63,946 nucleotides of DNA, filler included, from Reticulomyxa filosa (GCA_000512085.1; 16 parts of 16 records of this genome joined end to end with filler, not necessarily neighbours in it); one strand, 5' to 3'; positions 50,278 to 62,843 are shown, counted from the whole stretch's first letter. Program-made: numbers and translations. The notes: generated by a model from the letters alone, not told the origin.

Positions 50278-53200
50278 ACAAATTAATTGTTCTCATTGTT
50301 CACAATACTTTGGGACAAAAAAATCCATTTCCGATCTTTTTTTCACAGTTTTGGAGCAATGTCCTTCGGATAAACAAAAGAAGAGAGGGAAAATGTATAA
50401 TCCCTTCATTTGTGAAAAAATTTTGAATAGAAAATGGAAAATTGCTTTTGTTGATTCTTTAACTCACGGATCACCTTTACACTTGAAAAACGTGGCTACA
50501 GGTGATCCAACGGCCATGCTTGATCAAAATACTTCATTCAATCAAGTTGTTTTTTGTTTATATTGTAATTTATTACACGCACATGTATGTATATGCATAT
50601 ATGTAATTCGCTTGTTTGTTTTATTACTAACACATTTGTAATTTTGCACCCTGCACAATAATAAGATGCAAAAAATGGTACAACGCGCCTTCTTTTATTT
50701 GGAATTCCCATCATCTCTCAATGTCCCATTTGAGTTGAAGGAGAAATTGCTGTCCAAGGAAATCCAAGCAATGATGCTCACACGACTGAGATGGGTGTTA
50801 AAGAAAAACATCCCTTTTCAGCGTATTGTCGAAATGACAAAAAAAAAAATCGAACAAGTTTTAGCAAAAAAGCCAAATAAATCTTATCATAGCTTTATTC
50901 GACTTTATCAGACCATGGTAAATAATATTATTACTTTGGGATGGACCAGAGTGCTATTATCACTTTATGAAAATTGCTACTTTCAAGTTTTGTTTGTCAG
51001 GATAAATCGTATGATTGATATGTTTTGTTTGTTTGTGCTGTTCCCACAAATATGAAAATGCGGAATAACAATAATCAAATACACAAAGACGATATTTTGG
51101 GCAATGAAAAATAAAAACAAGCAATTGATAAATATTTTTGTAGCAAGTGCAGAAAATGACCGGTTGGTTCCATTATTCGATAAAGGTGAATTATCTGACG
51201 AAGAATTGCATCTTTGCAAAGTGAAAGTGAGTTATCGCGCAGACTTTCCATTCAGTTGGAATTTTCACATTTGGTGTCATAAGGTACTTGGAACGTTTGT
51301 TAAATCCAAATCGAAAAGAAATGGCTGTGACAACGAAGAAGTTGCAACTAATGCCATGGTATTGCAGGATTCTAATTATTTGAAAAAAAGTTTGAACGAA
51401 GACGGAAACTCTTTTCAACTGTTAACCCAATGCAGTCCTGAAAATTGTGAATTTTATGCAAAAGATGTGATTCGTAGCAATTTTCATATGTATTTATCAG
51501 TGAAAGAGGACGATCAATTAACTGACATTATCAAAGGCATTGTATTTTGTTTGATCAAGTTGACCGTGCAAAATGAAGAAATAAGCATTCCACTGATCGA
51601 GGCAATCTTTTATCATTTCAACTCCATTATCACCAAGTTTGTTCAATTCTTATCCCTTTGTGATGATGAGATCGTATTGTTGAATCTCAAAAAGGGATTA
51701 GAAGCAGACAAAAGTGTACCATCTTTGAATAAATTAATCGATGTGTTATGTGCATTAGTGAATTATATCTTGACGGAGATTCCACAAAATGGAAAATTAA
51801 AATTTGTTTTGAAAATGGACATTGCATGTAATGCAACAAGAGCTATCCTCAAATTTTTGCGACAACAATCCTCATCAACAGAAGAAATGTATGCAGATTT
51901 TTTGATCAAATATCGGCAGCTTCACATGAAAGTCCTTGGAATTAAACACATGCGGATAAGTTGTTCTACAACAACAAAAATTGAAGAAAATCAAGACATG
52001 GTCACTATATTAGATTTGGTAAAATATGGATATTTGAAAAATGTTAATATTATTCCAAAGATAATTAAGTCTGCTGCCAAATACATTATTACTCCTGACT
52101 CGGAGATGCAAAACTGTCTTTGTTTCATTCACGATTTGTTACAGATGGTTGAAAGCGTGGAAGATATGGACAATCCAAACAATCAACAAATATTCCAATA
52201 TGTCCTTCAAATAATATTTTCTCAACCTCAAGACTTTGTTCACATCTCTTCCTACCAACCTTTGCTCAAGTTACAAGCTTTGGAAATACTTGTGAAGAAA
52301 CAATGGACACATCTCCTAAAGGAATCTTCTGAATTTTGTATTATCAATCGAGCACACGAGAGATTGTATATTAATACAAAGATTGCGAATCATGCGATAG
52401 ATCAACCAAGTCGTACTCAAGATCAAAAGATTTCTGTTGTCTCACAATTGAAAGTGCGAATAACAAAAAATATGTTATCCTTGATCAAAATGGTGGAAAA
52501 ATTAGAGCAGCCATCTCAAACTAACAAATCTCGAATGTGTTTAACAAATATTTGTACAGATTTGTCTTATTTCCAGACAAATGTGCAATCTTTTGATAAT
52601 ATGTGGGAAGAGTATGGCTATTATTTACACATATGGTTCATCAAACAATGTTGCATATTAAAGAATATAGGCTGGACCCAAGTGTTCTTCTCACAGCCAT
52701 GGATTCGAAACGAATTTCCAGTATTTGGTCAAAGCAAGGTTTTTTCTCAATTATTGCAACAGCATTCTCATGAACATTTTGCACAACCATTCAATGAAGG
52801 CTTTGCCAAAAAATACAACTATTTCAAAGAAAACCTAATGTCGGATGACTACAATTGTTATACCAATGACAAACAAGACATTCCTTCTTTATTGACTGCA
52901 GTACTATCTATATCGGGCTTTGTTTTATCTAAGAATTTATCCAGTTTATATATAATACATATGTATTGTGTGTTTTGCAATGGATCTTCCAAAGATGGCG
53001 ATGTCTTGTTTCACAAATATAGAGATATTCGAGTACTTGCAAAAATTAAACTTTATAACTTCAAGGACAGAAGAAGCTTGTATTAAAAACTTGTTATTCA
53101 TGGCCCCAAGTTTTAATGATACAACCGATGAAGCCATTATGCGTCTCTCTTTTCATTGGCTAGGTGTTCTTCTGATCATGAAAAGTTACGAGAAAGCAAG

Positions 53201-54402
53201 GATTTGCGAAAAAATAATCCATTTTTGTCTTTATTGTTGCAAAAAAGACTAATTCAAATCTGGAAATATACAAAATGATATTTTTTCCCTTCTCTTCTTC
53301 AGAAAATCCGTTCAAAGTGTTGTTGAATGAACCTGAAAAGTTTATTAACCAACGCAAGCCAGGAGAAAGACTGAAAAAAGAAACAATTAAAACTTCATTC
53401 ACAATTTGTTATTGTCGAAATCAACATCCCTTTTTTGTGAAAGAAAGTCAAATAGATCATAAAGCGTTAAAATGTCCAGATCCATGGTGTGGATTTATGA
53501 TAGATTGTATCAATTCGAATTCAAAAAAAATAACAATAATTAATGGTGTGGATGAAGATGAAAAGCAAAATGAAGAAGTATCTCCCATGATTTATACACT
53601 GTTGCAATTTTTGAGTCATTTGACAATATTGCTGAGAGATATAAGTATTTCAAGAGAACGAGCATCAGATATACGGAAAGAAACAAAACATAGATTTCTA
53701 TTGTTATCCAAAATGACAGAAATGAAGGAAGAGATTCTTTGTATGGCATTACATGATTTACTTTGTGAATTTCCTCAATGGTTCAACAAAACATATCCTA
53801 ATGAATTGGATCAAATTGATTCACAAATCGTTGATAAATTTGAAAGAAAAATTGAACAAAATTATTCTCAATTTTTTATTGATTTTAAAAAATCCATTTT
53901 TATACGAAGAAATTCAGTCTCGACAAGTGAAATTGATCAAAAAATCAAAGAGAAAAAAATTATGGCCAATAGTTCTATCCCTCAATTGTTTTTGGTGGCA
54001 CGTATTGTATCGTCAGAAAATTTGTTATATAAATTTTATAATAATCCAGAATTGCCAAAGCAATATCCATTGCTGTTTCACACATTGAAATCAATTGACG
54101 ATCTTGAGTATGTCAAATGCTTAACTGGTATTGGACAATGGACAAAGCACTGTCATCTGCAATTCTCTGGAATACTCACAAAGAAAGAATGCGAAACCAA
54201 GACAATAACAAGTATCATCAACGATGGTAATAATACAAAATACAAAATATTTTGGCAGCAACTCGTCAAATGTTGGAATAGGTTTATTGATCACACTCCT
54301 GGTGTCTCACAGTTATCTCAAAATCTCAAAGATGTACATCTTGATTATTGTGTTTTGCAAGCAAGCACTCCAGGAAGGCTGATTGTAAACATTATTGAAA
54401 TA
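50278..54402 (+). CDS. Second RNF213-like E3 module protein, truncated at both ends, variant RZ finger
   Basis: YRADFPFSWNFH; YLHIWFIKQ...GWTQVFF (paralogue 1: SLHIWFLKQ...GWTQIFF); RLSFHWLG, ENPFKVLL, YCRNQHPFF, IPQLFL, YPLLFH. Confidence 0.8.
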
Positions 54403-54699
54403 NNNNNNNNNNNNNNNNNNNNNNNNNNNNNNNNNNNNNNNNNNNNTTAATTAATTAANNNNNNNNNNNNNNNNNNNNNNNNNNNNNNNNNNNNNNNNNN
54501 NNCGCAATATACAAAAATAGTATTTAACATTATATGCAATATTTTTCCTTTGTTTTGAACTTTGAACTAAAATACCAGAGTTGAGAGGGCTTGGTATTCT
54601 TTTAGTACATATGTGATTGTGTCGCTCCATGTTTGTTAGCACCATAGACACTTTTGCTTCAAACACTTGCCCCCATTTTGTTTGATTTTCCAATTAAAC

Positions 54700-56444
54700 T
54701 TAGGGTTACAACATACTATTTTCATAATTGGCTCCATTTGTTGAGAATTCTTTTTTAGTTGCAATATCTTTTGAATATTTTGGTATGATTTGTATTGGGG
54801 ATTTAGTATGTGTTGCATCTGTAATAATGGTTGTGTGGCAGTGGAGTGGCTGAGCGTAGTCTGGCCAAGTTTGTACGCGATACTATATGCTCGATGTTTC
54901 ACCATAAAAAGCCAATTGGCAGTCGTAATTGTGGTTGGAGGTGTGCCAGTGTGCCATGAGTTGGAGGCTGTGGATGGTAATGAGTACTTCTTCGGAAAAT
55001 GAAGTAATATGTTGTCTGCTTTGGTTTGCCAATATGATATGTGTTCGTACATGCGTATGTTGGTATCATTGACGTGTGGCTTGGCCTGCAAGAGTTTGTT
55101 TGGTCATCATCGAATGCCATGATATCAACAGCAGGGCTTCATTACGGGCTTTTAATGGAGGTATCCCAGCCTATATACGGATGGCCGCCATAGATGTGGT
55201 ACGTTATGTGCCCATAATTTTTATTAAGCAGGCATGCTGCGCACTTTCAAGTCGTCGTATTTGTGCGGTGGACAGTAACATGGGACTGATATTGTGTGCT
55301 TTGCGACTCGATCATGGTGGTCAGAGTTTGGACTTCGTTCATATCCAGGAGTTCATGGGCATTGGAGAGGAATAACTGTGGCTCTGTCGTTTTCCAAAGA
55401 CTTGCAACTTGGCGATACAATGTCAGTTTGTTGTTCCGAGCCAGTGTCTCGTGGCCCGTTGTCAACTGCTTTGCAATTGTGTGTTTGCGATGATGGACAG
55501 TTGCTGCGTCAGCTTCGCAAGATTGTAACTCAAACTGGAGTCAGATGAATCCAACACAATGTTCCCATCCACGTCGTCTACCATAAAAGATTGTCACATT
55601 GCAAATGCTGGCAATGACATCCAGGTATTTATCGATGGAATGCTTCCAATAATACTTTCATTTTGTCTTTGCCACGGACAGGTCGAAGGCCTCCCAAAAT
55701 ATCACTCGTTTCCGTGTTTTGGTGACAATTAATCATTCGCAAGTTTTATCGTCTCAAAAATGCCAGCATTTGAACCACTGTCGTTTTGCCGGCACCAGTC
55801 GGACCTACCAACAGCACGGGCACGCGCTCACCAATTTAAACAGTCGCTTCATCGAGTATGTCTGACTGATACTCTCAATTCCTTTCTTTGCGTTCGCATA
55901 AGAAAAGTCTTTCATGTCGTCGTTGCTGCTGCCTTGGCTACAATTGCTGCGACAATTTTGCACATTCCACGCGGTTGTACAACGACTGCTCGTCCATTTG
56001 GTGTTTGCAATGTTTTTTCAGTACTTCCATGAACTCGTTCTGCCACGCCATGCAGCAGTCATAGAACTCCAGCAGCAAGGTGATTGTTATATGTTCTCCC
56101 TCAAACGACCGAATGGTTGCCATACAAACTCGACTGTCGTCGATGTGAATATGTATTTGTCCAATAATGTCTATTTCATCACAAATATTGTTTTTGTACA
56201 CATATGTATGTGTGTGCATACACTTTTTTTAAAAAAAGTGCGATATTGCGTAGATTGTGTAGGTGAAGTGAGTGTACGCGTGTTTGTTTTTTTTGCTTGT
56301 TTGAGATTGTTCAAATTTCACTTTGGCATCAATTTAATCGTCCAATAATGTTTGAACAGCTCGGTCCCATTGACTCAGTTGTGTAGCCAAATAATAAATC
56401 ATGACGACTTGCCACATACTGTTGGACTCTCGACCAACACAGGA
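54700..56444 (-). pseudogene. Midasin (MDN1/Rea1) AAA+ pseudogene fragment
   Basis: PVLVESPTVCGKSS (56443-56404), EVLKKH...DEQSLY, SMKRLFKLV, PVLLVGPTGAGKTTVVQMLA (55820-55761), then stop and INCHQNTETSDILGGLRPVR. Many stops and frameshifts; left boundary uncertain. Confidence 0.85.
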
Positions 56445-56544
56445 NNNNNNNNNNNNNNNNNNNNNNNNNNNNNNNNNNNNNNNNNNNNTTAATTAATTAA
56501 NNNNNNNNNNNNNNNNNNNNNNNNNNNNNNNNNNNNNNNNNNNN

Positions 56545-57245
56545 CAAAGTGCAAAAAAAAAAATTCCCCCTTTTTAACACGCGACCTTAAAAAAAGTTCA
56601 ATAGTCCCCTTCTCAAAAAAAAAAACAACTAAAAATAATGTCGCACGACAAACCTTGGCAAATGGCCCCAAACATAATCAATTGCCATTGAATACACGTA
56701 GCGCACAACAAAAAGTTGAACGAAATACTTCCAAAAGAATATTTTCGCAAATAGGTCATCAGGAAGCCAAAGCCCACGAACATCATTCCCTAATTTTTTT
56801 TTATGTTTTTGTTTTTAGTCTTTTTTTGTATTATTCCAACGCCAAAGTAAAATAGTTGCTCACTTTTAAAAAAAGTGACAATTGTGGGGAGCAAAAAAAG
56901 AAAGGCGCGTATGTGTGCGTAATTTTTATACAAAAAAGCACTTTTGTTTTGATTGCAAAAAGAATAATGTGTGTAAATTACAAAACGTGGATGTCTTGAA
57001 ACAAAGAAAAATTGGCAGGATCCGGCGAATGCTCACGATAGTAATTCTCCGCCAATTGCAAACAAAATTAAAAACACCGCTTGCAATCCCAAACACATCA
57101 CAATAAAGGCTGGGTCATGTCCACTTTCTTCTTTGTCTCCAGCTGTTTCCTCTTTTTTTGTCTTTTTTTCTGGAGCTGTGTTGGTTTCTCCAACCTTGGA
57201 GGAAACAAGTTGTTGGGTTTCTACATCAGCATGCTGCTCAGCCAT
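56545..57245 (-). CDS. Rh-type ammonium transporter, 5' part (one apparent frameshift near 57050), 3' truncated
   Basis: [12 protein letters not shown], then FSLFQDIH joined across intron 56986-56790 to [28 protein letters not shown]...QW, the Rh signature. Confidence 0.9.
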
Positions 57246-57718
57246 GACTTTTTATCAAGTTTTCTTAAGAAATGGCAAAAAAGAAAAACACAACTTTTTT
57301 TTTTGTGGAAGAGAATCAAATTTTTGAAGAAAGACACCCCTCAGTACTCAAGACCCAGTCTTTTTTTTTTTACACGTTATATTTTTCTTTCGTTCATGTT
57401 AATCAGTGGACAAATACTTTTTAATGAACGAAAACAAATTTCGGTCTGTTTCATGAAAATGTGACAATATTTTTAAATGTTGATTTAATTTGCAGAACTA
57501 TGATGCTTGATCAGTAAAGATGTGGTCAATGATTTTTTTTTGTAATTTAACGTATGTCGAAAATCCAATCAGACATTTACCGAAAAAGATATATCAATTA
57601 CGAATGTGTTTTGAAATACATGTATGAAAGTGGCATGTAGGAAAAGCAAGCAAAGACTGTTTGTAGGTCCAGCGGTACAGGGAATAGCAAAAGAAAAACT
57701 GTGGAAAAAATTGTTGGA

Positions 57719-58855
57719 ATGACGACATTATCCACTCTTTGTTGGTGCTGGTTGGTGCATTGGGTTGCATTATCAGCGAGTTCACTCTCTGACCCAGCTC
57801 CCATATACTCGTGGACACTGTCGAATGTGGTGCCCAGACAATACCTACAAGGAAGCAGTGCCTTTGGGTATGACAAAGATAAAAACCCATCGAAAGTGTA
57901 CCTACTAGGGGGCAAGCCCAATATGAACTTGCACGTGGAATGGGATATAGAGAACACGACGTATCGACAGCTAAAGGACCTCCTCGTGAACATAAGCACG
58001 CACAAAGCGGTGACAATCGACAAGAGTGTATATGTAATGAGCAACGAATATCCATATAACTTTTATCAATATGCAATGGACGACAACCAGTTGTCAAAGT
58101 TGCCTAATCCAAAGTACAACAATCCGAATGGTTGCATAACGCATAACACGACGCATATTTTTTACCTAGGAGGAGGGACGTTGGACCAGCAGAGTATAAC
58201 GATGAAGAACACCAGATCGTTGCAGATGTATGACATTAGTAAGTACACATGGCAAGTGCGCAGCGACATTACAATGAACTACTACAGACACTCATTTGCG
58301 TGTGAGTACTCCAAACTTTGGAATAGCATTTTCGTGTTTGGAGGAGTCACCCTTCCGTCCAACTCGAGTATAAACAACCAAACCACCCACGACTGTCGAG
58401 CTAATGCTTTGCAGTCCATTCTCAATGACATTGAAATTATCAATCTGACGACAACAACGACGACGAATGGAGGTGGACATGGACAGTCACACATGCAATT
58501 GTTCCAGTCGAGTATGCTGCACAGCAGCGTGTCCGTGGGCGACTTTGTGTACGTCACCGGAGGACTCGTCCCTTGCTGTTGCAACCAAACCGACGTCAAT
58601 CACACTTTGATCGCCTCCGATTTCGTCCAAGTGTTCGACCTTCGCCATCTCAATGGCTCTCTTTTCAATGCCCGTCTCAACTTCAATCGCTATTCCCACA
58701 ACATGCTCTATACCGTGCTTCACTCCTCCCTTGTCATTTTCGTCTTTGGCGGAGAAACCCCGCGCTTCGTCGAGTACTCTAATCCTCTCTTCGACAATCT
58801 TATCACCACTACTGTCTTATCTTCTACTCAAGTTTCAAATCAATATTATAACTAA
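57719..58855 (+). CDS. Secreted or surface Kelch-repeat protein
   Basis: Signal peptide; VYLLGG, IFYLGG, IFVFGG, VYVTGG and IFVFGG repeats with N-glycosylation sequons. Confidence 0.85.
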   Translation: MTTLSTLCWCWLVHWVALSASSLSDPAPIYSWTLSNVVPRQYLQGSSAFGYDKDKNPSKVYLLGGKPNMNLHVEWDIENTTYRQLKDLLVNISTHKAVTIDKSVYVMSNEYPYNFYQYAMDDNQLSKLPNPKYNNPNGCITHNTTHIFYLGGGTLDQQSITMKNTRSLQMYDISKYTWQVRSDITMNYYRHSFACEYSKLWNSIFVFGGVTLPSNSSINNQTTHDCRANALQSILNDIEIINLTTTTTTNGGGHGQSHMQLFQSSMLHSSVSVGDFVYVTGGLVPCCCNQTDVNHTLIASDFVQVFDLRHLNGSLFNARLNFNRYSHNMLYTVLHSSLVIFVFGGETPRFVEYSNPLFDNLITTTVLSSTQVSNQYYN

Positions 58856-59879
58856 ATATAAATATATAAATATAAATATNNNNNNNNNNNNNNNNNNNNN
58901 NNNNNNNNNNNNNNNNNNNNNNNTTAATTAATTAANNNNNNNNNNNNNNNNNNNNNNNNNNNNNNNNNNNNNNNNNNNNATATATATATATATATATATA
59001 TGTGCATTTATTTACTTATTTATTAAATGTCATATCAACAAATACCAAACACATTTTCAAACAATTGAACCAACTAAACTTTGGACTTGTGGAATGGACA
59101 GCTCCATATCCATACGGTCTGCTTGCTCATTATCCCAACTGCGTTGATTTCGCTTCCCGCAACAATGAAAGTCCGGCAGCTCTTCGTTTCGACCTGCTAT
59201 ATACAATTGATAATGCTTCAGATGCAAATTAGCAAAGTGCGATCCATAGTACGGGTTGTTGTCAATGTGCAATACCTTCTTACCCGCACGGGCACATGCG
59301 CTTTAGTTTTCAATGTTTTGTATCTTCCTTTCAAATTTTTTTGTCTCGTCGCTCAAGACTAAAAAACAAAATATGTACAATTTAGGGGAAATAATAACCT
59401 GGAAACTATTGATTCAACTAGTCCTGTGCCCAAAATTATTACATCATATTCCAATTTTTCCAAAGTTATCTGTTCCATTTTGAAAATTTGGACATTCAAA
59501 ATTGAATGGCAAAAAAAAAGGAAACTTGTGTGTCTCGGGAATTTGGCTCTTCATATAGCAAAGATCATCTAATAGAGAAGCAGATGACAACATGATCCTT
59601 TTTATGATAAAGAGCTTCAATCAAGTAATTAAGCTGTTTTAAATATTAATGAAAAATATGCGATCAAGCTGTACACAGTACTTGCAGAAGGAGACTTTTT
59701 TAAGTCTCAAAAGTGGATATCACGTCTCCAAATGTAGTTGTCATTATTGTATAATATGATCTATGGAATTTGAGAAAAGATTTTTTTATATACGATATTT
59801 TTTTTGCAAAACGGAAAACGTTCAGCTGGTGCACTCTGCATAGTTTTTTTTTCTTTTGAGAGCCCCATCTAATTGAGAA

Positions 59880-60140
59880 ATGCAATCCGTTAGTGACTAT
59901 GAGATTGAGTTTACAAAGAGACCTTATGGATTTCGCATAGTTGGGGATGATAACAACAAGAATGCGATAGTGAAGGCAATTTTGGAAAGGGAATTGGACG
60001 AGCACTTGTGTACCGGATCATGGATAGGGCAGGTGAACCAAACAGTAGTAGAGAACTGGGATTTTTCTCACATTGTGAAGATACTTCGTGAGACGGAATT
60101 GCCTGTGTTAATGAAATTTCGAGTTGATGCAAAAAGATAG
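59880..60140 (+). CDS. PDZ-domain protein (small or first exon)
   Basis: FTKRPYGFRI...GSWIGQVNQTVVENWDFSHIVKILRETELPVLMKF is a PDZ fold pattern. Confidence 0.75.
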   Translation: MQSVSDYEIEFTKRPYGFRIVGDDNNKNAIVKAILERELDEHLCTGSWIGQVNQTVVENWDFSHIVKILRETELPVLMKFRVDAKR

Positions 60141-60250
60141 TGTGTTTTTTNNNNNNNNNNNNNNNNNNNNNNNNNNNNNNNNNNNNNNNNNNNNTTAATT
60201 AATTAANNNNNNNNNNNNNNNNNNNNNNNNNNNNNNNNNNNNNNNNNNNN

Positions 60251-60370
60251 TACTTCTTTTGTCTTCTGATTTATTCTTTAATTTACTTTGTTTAATGAAA
60301 GTCGCTATCATTGAGAGTAAAACTCTTTCGTATTACATTTAGTGAAGCGCTTCAATGTAGACTCCCCACA
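60251..60370 (+). repeat. 5' LTR (3' portion)
   Basis: Ends in CA two bases before the PBS; first 43 bp identical to the 3' LTR. Confidence 0.88.
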
Positions 60371-60372
60371 TT

Positions 60373-60385
60373 TGGCACCCACTGT
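60373..60385 (+). promoter_or_regulatory. Primer-binding site, probably tRNA-Lys-type
   Basis: TGGCACCCACTGT begins with TGG (complement of tRNA CCA) and resembles TGGCGCCCACCGT. Confidence 0.7.
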
Positions 60386-62698
60386 TAAAGCGAACGAACA
60401 AGCAGCGACAACAAAAAATGACAACATTAGAAGAACAACGACTAAGAGATATTAAAGATGAGTCCGAAAGTATTGATGCAAAGGTTGATAGATGTAGGAG
60501 AACATATCAAAGAAAATGAACCAATCGTATCATCAAGGTTACGATTATCCGTTAAGTGTAAGAGGTTAAGTTTCAGTGCAGGAACCAAAGACATTCACGA
60601 CATATTGTCGATGGATGATAAAGAACAAGCACATGACAAAAGCTTCATGTTAGGAAAATGTGATGATGATGCAAAAGAACATTTGGTACGGGAATCCGTT
60701 TGTAAGGATTCTACCGATGAAAATTCATTAAAGAAACAAATTCATACACTCCAAGAACAGATTACACTATTGTCACAGAGGTTGCAGCTACAGGAGTCAA
60801 AGTCGAGTGTTAGCCAGATGTATCAAGGTGATAATGGCAACATTAACCCCAAGTTGGTAGTGAATAGCACTTGTGCTGCAATACTGAGCGAAAGACCACA
60901 CGTTGTGACGTCAAGTAACAATGATAATACACATGATCTGAGGGACAGTACGGATGATCTTGTAATGAAGTTGGCAATGGATTCGTCCAATAGATTCAAT
61001 CACATTTTCAATGGAAGCAGATGTGACTTCCCTAGATGGAGAAGGCAGTTTTTATCATAGAAAGCAACTTATCATCTTTCCGATAAATTTTGCATGAGAT
61101 ATATGTTGTCGCAATGTTTGTCATTTGACGTACAGGATATGGTGGCAGCGGAACAACCTCAAACATTTGCTGAGTTGATGGCGTGGCTGTGTACAATGTT
61201 CGGAGGGAAACATCATGTAATTGAACGGACGGATGACTTGTTACACTTTAGAACAAAAAGCGGTGAAGGACCAGCGGATATACTGTTGCGTTGGCGCAAA
61301 GCAAAGTGCACATTGAAGTTGGAATTGGATTATGCTGCAGAATGTAAAGTGCCAGCAAGAAAGAGGTTACAACCTTCTGATGAAAGGTTAATGGAATCGT
61401 TGTTATGCGCTCTGGTTGGAATCGTAAGGCGACTGGTATACGAACAAAACCCGGAGCTCTGGAAAACATGCAGAGCAGATTCGATGATGAAATACAATCT
61501 AGACAAATAACATATCGAAGACAAAAATGGGGTCATAAGTATATAAACGATACGTATAAAGAATCGTATGACAACATTAACTTGCATGTCCAAAGTAATG
61601 CAGGTGAAAAACAAGTTACAGAAGATAAACAGCAGTCGAATGGTCTCAAATATCCAAAGCGTCATTGGAACGATGAATGTTGGAATTGTGGCGAACATGG
61701 TCATCAGCAAGGTGAATGTCCAAATCACAGAAACGAATTACACGTAATCGAACGACAATCAGATCAAGAAGTGGGGAGCATATACTTCCAATACTTGTTG
61801 TTGACAAATTGATCGAAACACCAGATACAATTGTCATTGAAGTATGCACCAAAGAAATAGGTAATATAAACGCAAACATCGATATTTATTAACAAAGGAT
61901 GCGAGGGCTTTCACTGTTGCACATGCAGGAGGGTCCATTACACTACAAGACAAAGTAGATCTTACTTTAAAGGATGTCAAAAACAATGACAAATCATTAT
62001 TTAATGAAAAATTCACCACATAACTTTATTTTATCTAGGAGTGCACTACGCCGGCTCGGGTATGCGTTGAGGTTGGAACATGGAAAATTTGATCATGCAC
62101 AATCTGACGAAATAGTGGAACATCAAGATTTAGAGCCAACTGCCGAATCAATATCAGATTTATATAGTGATGCTGTCGGATCCAATGAAACAATTGAATG
62201 CCATAACATTGACATTGTACCAATCGCTCAAAACAAACTTGTGGAGTCAGCGCATGAGCAATTGCATGAGTACAAATCCGTATGTGACCATAGCGCATGT
62301 AACACAGCAAAATTGTTGCCAGAATTTGTTAGTCAGTATACAATTAGCCAACGCATGTGTCCAGTAACTCTTCAGCCCACGAGCGAACAATGCTTTGAAA
62401 AGGTGGTACATGAATCAAAGTTGAGGAAATTGTACATTGACAATGAATATAAAGAGTTTGAAGCATTGTCCGAACAAGAACGCATTCTATTGGGACCATT
62501 AGACCAGTCAAATATGCCGTTAGAACAAGCTGATTCGTTACCACCATTAGAAACAATTGACAAGTCAAATCGACCGTCGATATCATTAAATAATGTCGGT
62601 GAAGTGGTAAGCATTGAACATAAAAAGGCCAAGGATGAAAGATACACACACAATGGCGAAACCGACGATCAAACAGGCGCATGTTGCACAGACGGTGC

Positions 62699-62711
62699 AA
62701 AGGGGGGGGAA
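62699..62711 (+). promoter_or_regulatory. Polypurine tract
   Basis: AAAGGGGGGGGAA immediately before the TG that starts the 3' LTR. Confidence 0.88.
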
Positions 62712-62843
62712 TGTAGGGCAAGCCCTTATCACACATGGCTGAACGCCTATGGAACTGAGGAGCTCACTTTGGGTTAAACTACCTCTTACTTGTTTTCTCT
62801 TACTTCTTTTGTCTTCTGATTTATTCTTTAATTTACTTTGTTT
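62712..62843 (+). repeat. 3' LTR (5' portion)
   Basis: Starts TGTAGGG after the PPT; its overlap with the 5' LTR gives a reconstructed LTR of about 209 bp. Confidence 0.88.

Larger units (their letters stand above)
60251..62843 (+). mobile_element. Non-autonomous LTR retroelement (gag plus degenerate protease, no RT/RNase H/integrase)
   Basis: Identical 43 bp at 60251-60293 and 62801-62843; 5' LTR ends CCCCACA at 60370; PBS from 60373; capsid-like FNGSRCDFPRWRRQF; CCHC knuckle 61678-61719; NFILSRSALRRLG; PPT 62699-62711; 3' LTR starts TGTAGGG at 62712. Confidence 0.9.

Noticed and set aside
58980-59362. Short overlapping ORFs
   Set aside because: Possibly an exon of a minus-strand gene, but there is no motif to support a call.
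49124-60150. G-alpha, PDZ, Kelch and RNF213-like genes as a functional cluster
   Set aside because: They lie on different contigs; the order is arbitrary.
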